Assembly (NCBI GenBank): GCA_049724395.1
Contig: JAUGWO010000038.1
Span: 62,001 to 126,000, forward strand
DNA: 64,000 nt
Reading direction: 5' to 3'
DNA from: Spongospora subterranea f. sp. subterranea
Lineage: Eukaryota
Shown in pieces: positions 13,338 through 25,926 of the stretch. The notes beneath the pieces were generated by a model, which saw only the letters and a list, made by a program, of their open reading frames with translations, was not told the DNA's origin and did no database searches. Numbering within the stretch: the stretch's first letter is position 1; every line of letters starts with the position of its first letter. A program made the position numbers and the translations under genes.

Positions 13338-13480
13338 TAGCTAAAGCCGGCGTCGCAAAAGATTAACAGTCGAATGCGCTCTCGCCATGGCGAAAAACAA
13401 GCTTCTCAAGCATGGTCCTATTGTCGCCATGGCGAGAGCGCACTTCGACTGTTAATCTGTTACGACGCAGGCCCTGGCTA
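13338..13480. repeat. Imperfect inverted repeat (hairpin), arms about 55 bp, loop about 30 nt
   Basis: GCCGGCGTCGCAAAAGATTAACAGTCGAATGCGCTCTCGCCATGGCGA (13346-13393) pairs with TCGCCATGGCGAGAGCGCACTTCGACTGTTAATCTGTTACGACGCAGGC (13424-13472), with looser pairing beyond. Confidence 0.85.
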
Positions 13481-15097
13481 TCTGATACAGGACACCATTT
13501 TTCATGGAGATGGAATACGTGGATTCTTCTGGGATTTGCCCCGTGTTTGCTGGACTTGGGTTGAAGACTTCCATGACATAAAAGGTAGTGATCTCTTGCC
13601 GTAAGCATAGTTGCCGTTGCGAAGCAGATGTGTGGCAACGTTCCGAAATGACAATACGGGACGTTGTAGAATGAAAACAAATCTCATGATGTTCACGTGA
13701 TTATCTTGGTCATTTACGGTTGGTTAAACACTACTGTTCATCTAAGGTGATCGGTCAAGTATGATTATACCGAAAGTTAGGAATTACAGTTTACAGACCG
13801 AGTGCGAGCAATTCTGAACAGCGGATGAACACCAACAATCCAGAGAGGAGTGAGAATAGCGAACCTATTTATCGTCGTTGGAACAAATGTGCTGAGTTAC
13901 GCCGTTGACTTTCTGATTCTTTCTTGTTTGCCTTGCGACTGTTGTTGTGCCAAGTCTCCTAGTGCCAGGATAAAGGGGTCGCCCCTCCCCCTGTAAAACA
14001 CACTTTGGTGAATACTCCCCAAAAAACCTTCAAGTCTTTGCAAGTTCGTAAGTCTTGGCGGATATATGTATATATTGGCTAAAACTAACCAACACGGTAG
14101 TACATAAAGCGCTTGAAGACAACCACCCTGCATTTTTACAATTCAGCTTGGCCATCTATCGAAATATTCCTCTGATCAAGTGTACGGACCCGTGGGAAAG
14201 CGGTACAAATTGACGGAAGCGGGCCAGCCTTTCGCTATCGCAGCGATCTTGATTGTCGAGCTGGGTTGGGGAGCAGGATGATCCATGGCCAATAATGACC
14301 TTCTGAGTACGAATCGCCAATCTGTATAGTCAAACTAATCCCGACTTGACCAACCACATTGACTGTTGGTCTGTCCACGGACTATTAATGATACCCTGTT
14401 TGCTCTTGACGATGGAACCCGTAACATTTGAAATTACTGTACGTACAGACCAGAGGATGAGATCAACGTCGAATATTCACAGAAAAAAAAAAGCACAATA
14501 AAGACGCGATTGGTGCTTTGCTGACTGTTGTTAGGGCAATGTGTTGACAGTTTGATCGAAAAGTTGATTGTTTTGACAATTTGGTTGGGCTCGAGATTAG
14601 TGTAACTAAACGCGATGGGAATCGCTGGACCAATGATCCATTGTAGAAATATTGCCAGATGTGCAGAGGAATGAACCCAACGTCTGGAGATTGCCCAGAT
14701 TTCGCGCCATTGCACCTTATCGAGTTGTACAAGTGCGGCGGTGGGGGATGGTTGCGCGTCTCTAGCTCACCCACTGCAAACTGCGATCTCGTGGCAAGTG
14801 AGTATCAATCGCGGGTCCATCCGTCTAATTTATTTCACTCGACGATCGGCCCACTACCGTCGTTGCCCGTCCGTGATCGCCCACGTGCCGCTTGAGGTGC
14901 TAAACCATCAGGTCGTGCTATATGTTATAACTGACTGGTTGGCGTGTATCGTATAGCGTTTGGCGCCTGACAGACGAAAGCCTCCTATAGTCAGTGAACC
15001 ACATTGGACTCGTTACACCCGGTATCTATCATCTACAGACTCCGTTCACTCCTCTTCCCACGATTCAGAACAAACACCTGTCAATACGTCTCATTGA

Positions 15098-16840
15098 ATG
15101 TTGGTGCTGCGAGACCAGCTAGGCGAGGCGTACAGGGATATCAGGGCAGCGTCGTCACCAGCCTCGCCTGTTTTGCTGTTCGTATCGGCGGAATGCGATT
15201 CGGTCTGCGCCTGCCATATTCTAACGTCGCTGCTGCGGATGGACCATATTCAGTACAAGGTCATTCCGGTTGCGTCGTATGAAGATCTGCAGGATGCAGG
15301 GCAAACGCTGCCCAATTCGGTTCGTTCCGTTATCATGGTGAATTGCGGATCTGGCGTCGATTTGGAGCAGTTATTCAAGGCGGATGACCCGGGTCGCGCC
15401 GAGCTACATATTTATATTTTGGATTCACATAGGCCATACCACTTGTCCAATGTTCGCCAAGACAACCACTTCGTAGTCTGTTTGGACAGCAGCACCGAAC
15501 ATCCCACATTTCCTAGCGATGATAATCTCTCTTCAGATGACGACGACGATCATGTCAACAGGAGATTGCTCGCAGATCGGCGAAGGAGAGTTGCAGAACA
15601 TTATAGTGGATCGTTCTATGACGTCTCTGCTGCTGCTCTGGCATATGATTTGGCTCAACAGCTTTCGAAAGATGACAATGACCTATTATGGAGCGCCATT
15701 GTCGGCCTCACTGATCAATGGCTGTATCAACGAATATCAAAGTGGACCTATCAAAATGAACTGGATGTGTTCATGCAAGAAGTATTTGCCAAAAACGTCC
15801 CAGAAAGCAACGACGCTAATGGGGACGAATCCGCTGCTCCTGACGAGGCTCAAGTTCAAGTGCCTGTTGAGGGAACAATCTCATTTGAAACACAAGAATT
15901 CATGTTCGTGATGTTACGTCATTGGAATTTATTTGATTCTATGTTCCATACAAGAAGCGTTGCAACAAGGCTGAAAGTTTGGCGTGACATGGGGCGACAA
16001 CACCTCAATTTGATTTTAGCGAAGCTCGGGATTCCCAAGCAAGAATCAAGGTCTCCTTACCTTCTGATGAGAGCCGACTGCAAAGATAGACTAAGGAAGG
16101 AGCTTGATAAGTACGCTCAGGAATATGGTCTTGAACAAAGCGATTTGTTTCTGCCCTCTTTTACGCGTAGATACGAAGATGGTTTGATTGTGTCCGCGTC
16201 CGACATGGTCCACGTTGTGACAGCGTTGCTCGAATGCAATCAATCCGCCGATGGCCTAAATAGTTGGGAAGCTAACTTCTGGAGGTCACATGATTCTCTC
16301 AGGTTCGGCAGTACCAAACTTACTAAACGCGGACTTGAGCTTGCAATCAATCTTCAAAGGAAAGTAGCACATCATGGGCATGCTTTGCTTGCAAGGAAGG
16401 CAATCACATCTACTGGAAAGTATCGGCTTTGCCTTCTCGATAGGTCCGAGCAGTACAGTTTGTTTGCGCGACCTCTGGCCCTCACTCAGCTTGCTTTGTT
16501 TCTCATTGATTCGTATGAAGCTATGCTAATTGAACAGTCCACTACACAAAAAAAACGCATGCGAACTGGTTCAGGTTCGGCGCTCAACCGAAAAGTTAAA
16601 CTGCTTCCATTTGTACTTTGTTCATACATAGAAGAAAGGGGATCATACCTTGTTATCGGCATCCCTCGGTCTCAAGCAAGTGTCGGCATGCAGCGTAACT
16701 CGTTCTCCATTGGATTTACAGACGCAGCGGTCTTGACAAAAGCTCGAGCCCGACAAGATGGATTCGAGGCCTCCATTGTCGAAATCGCCAAAGAGGACTT
16801 GAAACCGTTTCTAGAAACTTTAGTCAACCATCTCATTTAA
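15098..16840 (+). CDS. CDC45: DNA replication initiation factor CDC45
   Basis: Intronless 580-aa ORF with VLLFVSAECDSVCACHIL, NCG, DSHRP, LLWSAIVGLTDQ, LRHWNLFDSM, SASD and a C-terminal RNSF...FE.SIVEI.KED..FLE. Confidence 0.96.
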   Translation: MLVLRDQLGEAYRDIRAASSPASPVLLFVSAECDSVCACHILTSLLRMDHIQYKVIPVASYEDLQDAGQTLPNSVRSVIMVNCGSGVDLEQLFKADDPGRAELHIYILDSHRPYHLSNVRQDNHFVVCLDSSTEHPTFPSDDNLSSDDDDDHVNRRLLADRRRRVAEHYSGSFYDVSAAALAYDLAQQLSKDDNDLLWSAIVGLTDQWLYQRISKWTYQNELDVFMQEVFAKNVPESNDANGDESAAPDEAQVQVPVEGTISFETQEFMFVMLRHWNLFDSMFHTRSVATRLKVWRDMGRQHLNLILAKLGIPKQESRSPYLLMRADCKDRLRKELDKYAQEYGLEQSDLFLPSFTRRYEDGLIVSASDMVHVVTALLECNQSADGLNSWEANFWRSHDSLRFGSTKLTKRGLELAINLQRKVAHHGHALLARKAITSTGKYRLCLLDRSEQYSLFARPLALTQLALFLIDSYEAMLIEQSTTQKKRMRTGSGSALNRKVKLLPFVLCSYIEERGSYLVIGIPRSQASVGMQRNSFSIGFTDAAVLTKARARQDGFEASIVEIAKEDLKPFLETLVNHLI

Positions 16841-17167
16841 TCGAATACAATCTATAGTCAACTTGTAAATTCCCATCAGCTTCCACAGATTACCGACCTT
16901 CAGGGGTGATTTATTACCAATGCTATTACCACTCAATTCCGAGAGTTTCAGAGCCGAACAAAGCGCTTTCCGTGTTGTGCAGTCAACGGTTTTCCCGATG
17001 ACCGTTGTACTGCGTGGACTGTCTGAATTTTCATGACGCACTCGTGGGTGGTGTCGTGTATGCAGTGTATGTGGCTTTGTTCAGTGCTGTATTGCACTGC
17101 GGTCAGCTGATACGCGTTTCATTCTCTTAAATTATGAGTATCTAGTGTTGCAATCAAGTGATTGGGG

Positions 17168-19846
17168 ATGGAAATTGATCCCGATCACCTGCTGTTTGAG
17201 AGCCGGCTTTCGGCAATCATATCCGCGTTTCAGGGTATTCGTCCACCGGGGGCACGATGCCTGCGCAGCTACCTGCGCAAGCTGGTGAAGATCAGAGCGA
17301 TGCACTGTTTGTTGCGAAAAGATATGATCAATCCAGAGGATTTCCGGCGGCAAATGCGAAATTACTGCGACTTGGCGTTTCTTTCGCGCACGGCTCTGGA
17401 CGAAGTTGCAAGAAGCGAACGCCTTCGTAACTGTCTTGCAGTTGCCAGTAGTTCCGAACGCGTATCAGGGTATGGAGAATTTTCTTCATTGGTGGCAAAG
17501 GTTTTTGACTGTTTTGTAGGATGTCAGGAAGGCAGCTTTTCTGTTTAGCTCTGGATCAGCCCCGAATTCTGCTGAAAGCCCCACCTTTCGATGAGACTGC
17601 GCTTATCGAAGACGTCGCTTCGTACGTTGCTTTTTTGAAAGAAGATGGAACTCGTCTGGACATGCTTTCCGAAATGGGTGGCAAAATTCTCAATTTTGAT
17701 GCCCAAGAGAATCTGAATCTGTGCCATCCAACCCGAGTGTTCCTCAATCAGTTGACATTTTCAAGAGTAACGCCATTTCAATGCAAAAGTATTTCCATAT
17801 TCCAGTTATGTGTGAATCTTGCAGTGATTACCTTCCACATATACTAACTGGCTTTTTCGTTAGGTTTTCAGATGTTCTCATTGGAACTTATGAAAATCAA
17901 GCTGGCCGACTTCAATCAGATTTCTTCATCGACTTGTTTGGTGCATCAGTTAAGTCAGTCAATGATTTTGCGGTGCGAATCGAAAATGTTGCAGACGGGG
18001 ACATGGTTGTCTTAAAAACCGACAGGTCTTTGGAGACTCAGACGTGGCTATCGAAGTTTCACACCTCAATATCCGGCCTGTGTGCGTCGCGGTCGCAGTG
18101 GATGGACGACACGTTTTTTATTCGCTGTACCATTTGTATTCGCCGTTTCAATGTCTCTAGGCGGAAGCATCATTGTCGCCGATGCGGCGCTGTTGTATGC
18201 CATGATTGCTCGGGGAACTTCTCTTTGCTTTTATACAACCACCCCTCTAAGAAGAAACGGCTGTGCAATCCATGCCAAATGGTGAGGAAATATGCTGGCA
18301 GGTGCAAGGTGGACGACTTAGGCAACGAAATGATCGGTGCATTTCTACTTGCCATAGAGGCTAGCGATCTTCGGAAAAAGCTACTTGGGCAGCTACTATC
18401 TGAATTCAAAACCCATATGTCTGATGTTGGTGCATTTCGCAAAACTGATCTGCATTATCTTTCAGATTCAAGTTTAGCAAACGACATAGTGCTCAATCTT
18501 AATAATCTGGGTAACCTAAGCTCCGACGTCACCAACAGTATATCCCAGCTTTTATCCAGTTGGCAGGTGCAGCATTGCGAAAACATTGGTGCCTTGCTAA
18601 GCAGCCATGCACGTTTTTTTGGCGAAATCTCCTCGTATATGCTAGATATATCTCAGATTCGTGATATTCATGAGTATGGTGATTTATTAACGAGCCTCAT
18701 TCTTCCAATTCGTCAAATACCCACAATGTTCAATGTTGTGTCCCAAATACTTGAGGTCACTCCATCCACTCATAACGATTTCAGAGAGCTTTCAGTTGTG
18801 GCTCGGATTATTGGTGATTGCTCCTCGACTGCTACGGAATGCATCGCTCGTTTGAAGGGATCGGCAGTTTTCAGTGAAATCGAATTACGATTTAATACTC
18901 CAAGTTCGCTTTTCAGTCCAGGCAGAGTTTTTCTTTCCGAGGGGTCCTTAACTCGTCGGATGTTTGGCAGAAAAACGTACACCGTTTTTCTATTTTCTGA
19001 TCTTTTTTTAATTTGCAAGCGTTCACCTTCGGGTCTCGTCATCCGCTGGCGCATCGATACGTCCGTCAATCCCCCCTCTATTCAGCGATTTGATCACTCG
19101 TGGCAGTTAATTTGGTCGTCGATGTGCTTGACGTTCGAGTGCGATAACAACTCCCAGTGGATTCAAGACTTACAGCGTATTGCCAAAATTGCCCGCTCTG
19201 CCGTGTTTCCTATCATGCAACCTGCAAGTTGGGTCCCCGACAATGCAGGAAACAGCTGCGCATTGTGTAATAAGTCGTTTTCAATGGTCAGTTTAGGCTT
19301 CAATTCAAAATAGTACCCTAATCGGGCTTCCTCAGATTGTTCGGCGGCATCACTGCAGGCATTGTGGCGCGTTGACGTGCAATCAATGTTCATCAAATCG
19401 CGTTCCCATTGCCGGCAACAAGAACGGTGTGAACGTGCGGTTTTGCGATAAATGTCTTCCAAGCGATATAGGAGCGATTGCTGCTCCAGATGATGATAGC
19501 GACGTGGAGATTGAAGTCGACGACAGCGATAGTGATGAAATGCCCCCAATGAGCATGGTGAAGTCATTTATTGATGCTGATGAGAACTGGATGAACGATG
19601 GCGACTCTAAAAACTGTCTCATTTGCGATCGACAATTTGGTATTGGTCGAAGGAAGCATCATTGCCGAGAATGGTATGATACCCCAAAACTTTGCTCACT
19701 GAAATTTCATTCTCTCATCTTGTAGTGGTGGGCTGGTTTGTAAATCGTGTTCAAAATCTCGCCTGATTGTTGAGAAAACTAATCGGTCATCACCTGTTCG
19801 GGTGTGCGACCGGTGCTCCTCAGAAGTTCACCTGCCCTGGGGCTAA
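17168..19846 (+). CDS. PH / degenerate RhoGEF(DH)-PH / three-FYVE-domain protein (FGD-like)
   Basis: Three FYVE motifs (WMDD..C..C..RRKHHCRRCG, WVPD..RRHHCRHCG, WMND..RRKHHCRE|CG), DH-like LILPIRQIP..TP..H.D, and PH-like FLFSDL. Spliced; stop at 19844-19846. Confidence 0.85.
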
Positions 19847-20729
19847 ACTGATTGTAATATATTCCCCCTGCTTTGTACCTATCTAACAAATTTCTGCTCT
19901 TTCGCTATTGCTGACTTGTTTACGAAAATGACCCCAGACTCGAACCAAGTAATTTGACGTTGACGCTGATCACGAATTTTGTTCAGTGGCAAGCGGCTAA
20001 ACAGTGGCTGAGACTTGGCACGCGGTACCGTCACCTTGAGGGGTGTCACGCTCACAGCTGTTCGTCTCAGTTGGAACAGTTTCTCGCCGCCTTTAAGATC
20101 AGATACTGTGTGTCGGCGCTCCGCTATCCACCTATGAACTGCACTTTTGAAAACAGCCGGGTCAACTCAGTTCTAGAACATTCGGGCCAGCGATCGATTG
20201 GTCAGTGCTCTGTCCGACGCCGGTTCAGTATGGATAAGGCGTACAACGTCAAGGCGCAGCTGAAAGACGTGGACCGATTGTCGAAGCTAGTTCGTGATGC
20301 CCAAGCGCTGTGCCTTGGACAGATCAACGAGATCGTGTCACAAAGCAAGGAGAATCTGATGAAGCAGCAAAGACTTGACGACACAAATGCATTATTCGAT
20401 CAATATTCTCCTCTTTGCCCAGATTTCTTCGTTGAGGACGACCATTGACAGCTCGCCGTGCAACTTTCACTAGTATTCGAATAGCAGTTCTCCGTTTATA
20501 AGCGTTCAAGCCCGGGATGTTGATTATCAATCCAAATGTCATCTCGGTGGGTGATTTTAGAGTATCTGTATTTATCGCCATCGACCAAGTCATTATAAAC
20601 CTCTTAATATTCTCCAAACTTTCATCGAGCATATGCGATCCAGCCTTTCGTGATCCAAACCAGAACTGATAGTACGAGCTTGCGGCGAATAATTTATGAT
20701 AAACACATGAATGTGAACTTGAACGACAT

Positions 20730-22602
20730 TTAGAGATTGCTTTGTGAACTGGTGCAAACAACATCACTCGGGACCTGAATTGCTGATAGTTGGGCTTTCT
20801 TGGCCTGAAGAGCGGCGAAAATATCATCATCGACATCTGGATCCTGTTGCCGTAATTCTCCCGATATTAATCTCACATCGGTCATATCAGAAAATGAATA
20901 TTCGACAGAAACTTGATCGGAATTCAGTAGAGTGACAATTTTGGTGTTCAAATCGACACTTTCGACAATATATTGCTCGAAAGCAGATAGCTGTGGTGTC
21001 CAGGAAACAAGTTCAAAGCGTTTGAAAGCGATGGTCGAGCCGACAGAAATCTGTTGAATAGACACGACACTGACAGCCGTTGAACAAAGCGTTTGAAAAT
21101 CCGTATCTACAGCACATTCCTCTTCGACATCTTCTTGCACGCCAAAATAGCTCAACGTCCTGGGTGCGAAAAAATGTTCACCTCGAACTGCCATAGTGGA
21201 CTTCAGCCGGGCTTGATCGTAACTTTCTTCGATTTCATCCTCTTGGGCATCTGTGCCAATGTTCGGAAGGTTGTCGCCGCCACTACCAGGAGCCTGTTCG
21301 GGCTGTTCATCAGCACAGGTGGCCGACGTGGGATCCTTAATAGGAAATGTGAAACTTCCCATACGTTTGGCGCGTTCAACATTCATACCAACCGGGGCAA
21401 CCCGCTCGGGTGCATCATTCACTGGAACCACAGCCGTCTCCCCGAACCTAAAATGGCCTGAACACCACTATTGTCAATGAGAACCAAATGCGTTAGAGGA
21501 TCCGAACCTCTGGGCAACATCGCACTAGAATCGGAAATGGTTATTCTAGAGAAAGTCGGCCTCTGCGTTGCCATTGAACCATCCACAATCGTCGACGCTT
21601 TCCGCTTTCTTTTTTGGTTCCCCATTGCTACAGGTCCATTACGTTCATATCTGAGTTTCCTTCCTTGACATCATTCTCAGCATTAGATTGACCTTCCCGA
21701 GTATCCAAGTCCTGGTTTCGAATAGAACCCACGGCATCTTTTGGTTTCTTTGATCCTGCCGTTTTCATCAATTTGGACGGTTGTTTCTTGCCAAGTCTCT
21801 GTCTTAAACGTCTCTCCTTATGTTTTGCAATTTTTTTCAACGATTTCTCATCTAATGCTTGCTTTGAATCGGCAACATTTCCGAAAGCAGCGGTTTCATT
21901 CACAATTTCGATCTCAACAGGGTTCATAATCACATCCTTCTCCAATCGTTTTGGTTTTGTTTTAGAAGGAGTCGTCTTTGTCCTCGTTTTTACCAGATTT
22001 TTCTTCGATTCCTTCGCCCACAACTTGCCATTGGCCTTTTTCTCCATCTCCAGCAATCCATCATCGTCACCGATCGCTCTATCTAATGCTTGCTTTGAAT
22101 CGGGATCATTTCCGAATTCAGCGGTTTCATCCACAATTTCAATCTCAAAAGGGTTCATAATCACATCCTTCTCCAATCGTTTTGGTTTGGTTTTGAAAAG
22201 AGTCGTCTTTGCCCTCGTTTTTACCAGATTCTTCTTCGATTCCTTCGCCCGCAACTTGCCATTGGCCTTTTTCTCCATCTCCAGCAATCGTTCGTCGACC
22301 GTTCTCTCTGTGATCGGTGACGATGATGAAGAGCCAGTTCCTGATTGGATTGAACTCACAAGAACCGTCACTGTATCTTCGTCCCTGATGATATTTGCAT
22401 CCTGATCATGTTCAATAGTGAATGAACCCAGCTCGAGATTGATTTCGACATCGGCAACGTCGTTGAAATATCGCCCGCGGATCAGCCGACAGACATCGGA
22501 AACTCTGGGCAGATTCGACAGCAAGAGCAGTGACGAACGAGGTAGCTGTAATCCCGGTTTATCAGTCGCAAACGTCAGCCGGATTCTCTTCGTTGGCGTC
22601 AT
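20730..22602 (-). CDS. COIL: Coilin (Cajal body scaffold)
   Basis: N-terminal coilin domain (RIRLTF...VSDVCRLIRGRYF...IIRDEDTVTV) and C-terminal Tudor-like domain (VGSTIAFKRFELVSWTPQLS). The three frames are linked by weak-donor introns or by 1-nt indels near 21657 and 21441. Confidence 0.85.
21849..22289. repeat. In-frame tandem duplication (period 231 nt = 77 aa) inside coilin
   Basis: LLEMEKKANGKL.AKESKKNLVKTR.KTT..KTKPKRLEKDVIMNP.EIEIV.ETA.FGN..DSKQALD occurs twice. TTGGCCTTTTTCTCCATCTCCAGCAATC is at 22031 and 22262. Confidence 0.95.
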
Positions 22603-23160
22603 GTGCCTGTAACGACGGCGAGGGCGGACTGTGGGGTTGATGATACAAGGTGTACATATCCGCCACGGTGTCCGCAGTCGATTGGTAACATACAGTATAG
22701 TGTATATTGTGAATATGAATGTGATTTCGACAGGAGTCGATGACAGATTAGATAAGGGCTAAAGGTTGAGCAATCACCTCCCCAAATGTGCAATACATAA
22801 TACAAACGGGTCACTTTCGTGTCCGGATTGTAAAAGCAGCTTAGATTTCGACTGTTTAATACAATGCAAGTGCAGGCGTTATTCGCAGTAGATTATTGTA
22901 GAGCGTCTCTGCGTCGTTGACTCCAGAAAATGATCTGAGATGGAACAGCAAGCAGTTGTTATGGGATAAAATGAAAACTGGAGTGGATATGGTTGATGGT
23001 TGTTTCCCAGCAAATGGCGCTACAATGGCAACATAGAACCCCCCCCCCCGTCTGTGCGCCCCGATATCAGTCACAGCAGGACCCAGTCGTCATCGCCAAC
23101 GGGTGTTACAGGCCAAGGGCCGACAGGACTGTCCAACCGCGCCGCCTGGGGCCAACAAGG

Positions 23161-25872
23161 ATGGCGCCGTCAACGGCCTATCATCTGATGGCGTCGAACG
23201 TTCGGTCCATGGCGAGTGCGTTGTCGGGACAGGATCGGGAGCAGGTCCGATCCGTCAATCTTCACTGTAATCAGATTACGAGGATCGATGGCCTGCACGG
23301 ATTCGTTGCTCTGCGACATCTGAATCTGTCCTCGAATCACATCGATCGAATCGAGGGCCTGGAAACGCTATCGAATCTAGAATCGCTGAACCTGTCGTCC
23401 AATCTGCTGACGGTCGTCACGGGACTGGAATCGCTGATTCGTTTGGAGAAACTTCTCCTGGCGTACAACAAGATCGATAATATCGACGGGCTATCTGGCG
23501 ATAGATTCCAGGTCGGCTGTGAACCATGTCTTCACACGTTGGATTTACGAGGGAATTCCCTGGCGAATCTGGACCATCTTAGCGTATTGCGCTGGTTGAC
23601 CGCCCTTCGGGTTCTGCTTCTGAGGAGCGAATCTCACGATAATCCGATCTGCCATCTCCCCGGCTACACATCCAGGATCCGTTCCCTTCTGCCCAATCTG
23701 GCCAATCTTGACAACGGAATTGCGGCCATCGTCACTCCCAGGATCGATAACGCCATGCAATTGTTTCGGTCCCGGCCCCGGCCCCATGCCGAAAGCGCAT
23801 TCGCGGCATTGGATCAGGCTCTACAGGACGCGCGATTCGATTCGCTGGAAACCAAATTTGAGCAGGTTCTCAACACGATGCAGAATTTGGCCAGCTCTCC
23901 TGGGGGCGAACGTGATTCAGGTCAGGGGGTACGATCCACTGGGTCCCCGTCTGTAAAGGTCGACGAGCCAGAACGGTTCTCGAAAGTTAAACAGCAACAG
24001 GACGCATCAACGCTTACCGATGCGCCAGATCTCACAGAAATCCTGAAAGAACAAGCGGCCGATCTTGAGAAAGCGCAAAAAGCGCTACAAACTGCCGATG
24101 CAAATCACAAGACGGAAGTGAAAGAGTTCAGAGAACAGATAAAGGCAGCTCGTGAGTTTGTGAAGAAAATGGACGGTGAACGGTCCGGTGAACGGAAGAT
24201 GTGGGAGCAGAAGGAGGCGTTGCTGCGACAAGACGTGAAGTCGACAGACGATCACTGCCAGGCGCTGGAATACCGTCTAGACGAACTGCTCTCTAAACAG
24301 CAACAAATTGAACACGAACGGGCCGAACTACAGAAGACCAATGATGCGCTTTCCCAGGAGCTATCATCCATGAATCTGTCCCTGATCTCCGAGAAAACAT
24401 CGAGAAGCGCAACTGATTCTGAGAAATCGGCGCTTCATCGCCAAATCGAATTATTGAATGGTCAAGGCGAAGCGCTCACTGCTGAGAATAAACGCCTCCT
24501 TGGACTTGTCCAGCAATATTCCAATCAACTATCAGAGCTGCGGTTTTCCGAACATGAATGGGAGGCGAAGATGCAAGAGGAAAGGTCAGCAAAGCTGTCG
24601 GCGCTTCATCAAGTCGAGTCGTTAACGTCTAAGGTGTCGAACTTGCAGATGTCGGGGAAGGCGGCCTCAGAAAACGTGGATAATCTTAATCGAAAACTGG
24701 CAGAATTCGAACATAATCGTCACGAGGAACGAATCCAACTCATCAGGCAATGTAACGAGCTGAAAGAGTGCTGCCAGAAACTGACTCGCGACAGAGCCGC
24801 CCTGAAAGAACTGACCAGAACGGCGCTGCAAACGCAAAAACGCCTGGCGCGTGATCTGCAGGACTCGCAAGATCAAGTGACAAGGTTGAAGTCGCAGCAG
24901 CAAGAATCCTCTAGCGGTTTTGAGAATACCATTCAAGATCTTCAAGTACAGTTGAGGAATTCGAATGCGAAGCTGGAATTGGCATTGCAACGGAACGTTA
25001 CGATGGACAAGGTTAGAGACTGCCGTCGTTCACAGATTTGTTGTGACGTCTCTTTTTTTCAGGATCTGATCGAAGCGAACCGCATCATCGATCAACAGAG
25101 CGCACAACTGATCGCGTTTACTGAACGAATCGCTCAAGTAGAGCAGGAGATCCATACGCTCGAGAACAATCGACAGCACTCTAGTGATGCAGATAGAGTT
25201 CGCGTCAAGGTAATGGAGATGATTGATCGTAGAAGCTGAAACTTGTTTGTTCAAACGTAATTCCATCAGATCGTGGAGGATCAAGCCGCCCATATCAAAG
25301 AGCTTCAAGCGTCCGTGGCGAAGTTGGAACGCGACAAAAGGGAATCGAAGGGCCGCGAAGAATCGCTACTTGAACGGCTGCATGATTACAAAGAGCGATT
25401 CCTGGATGCAGAACAGGCCTATCAATACTGTCAAGACAAGCTTGATCGAGCAGAAAGTACAACCATGGCGAAAGATGCCGAGGGAAAACGCTTGCAATCT
25501 GAATTATCGGAACGTGAACGAGTGGTCCGGTATGTCGAGGATGAACTGGGAAATGTCAAGTCGCTATATGAGCAGAAGCACAAAGATCTAGAAGAAAATC
25601 ATAGGCGAACCGAAGCGCAGTTGGCCGCGGAAATTGAAGCTGCAAAGGCCCGCTTGGCAAGCGCTGAATCGTCACTGGCTCTGGCTCAAAATGCAGCCAA
25701 GGAAGCCCAAGCGGCGTCGACGCAGGCTCAACAGGAACGGGATGCTGCCGTCAAACGATCGGCGATTGTTGAGCGGGAGATGCGTGTTCTTTTGAATGAA
25801 ATCGAGAGAAAGAGGCGAGATGCAATAAACTTAGCAAAGGGATGGTCCGTTCCTTCAGAAAAGATATCATGA
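23161..25872 (+). CDS. LRRCC1: Leucine-rich repeat and coiled-coil centriolar protein (LRRCC1/Vfl1-like)
   Basis: SDS22-like LRRs starting VNLHCNQITRIDGL..LRHLNLSSNHIDRIEGL, then an LRRcap NPIC..PGY, a long coiled coil, and C-terminal VEDELGNVKSLYE and VEREMRVLL. Two introns near 25.0-25.3 kb. Confidence 0.8.
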
Positions 25873-25926
25873 GCATACATTGAATGTCTCATCATGTATA
25901 TATATTGACTAAATTATTATTTCTAT

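Noticed and set aside
13950..14140. Group II intron 3' end or telomerase RNA
   Set aside because: GGGGCGACCCC resembles a domain VI hairpin, but there is no domain V (AGC/CGC triad helix) and no clear telomere template.
12401..14960. Several short ORFs between Josephin and CDC45
   Set aside because: No consistent gene model or recognisable domain could be assembled.
21419..21700. Programmed frameshifting or pseudogenisation of coilin
   Set aside because: Both frame changes can be explained by 65-nt and 71-nt GT-AG introns or by single homopolymer indels. There is no positive evidence for recoding.
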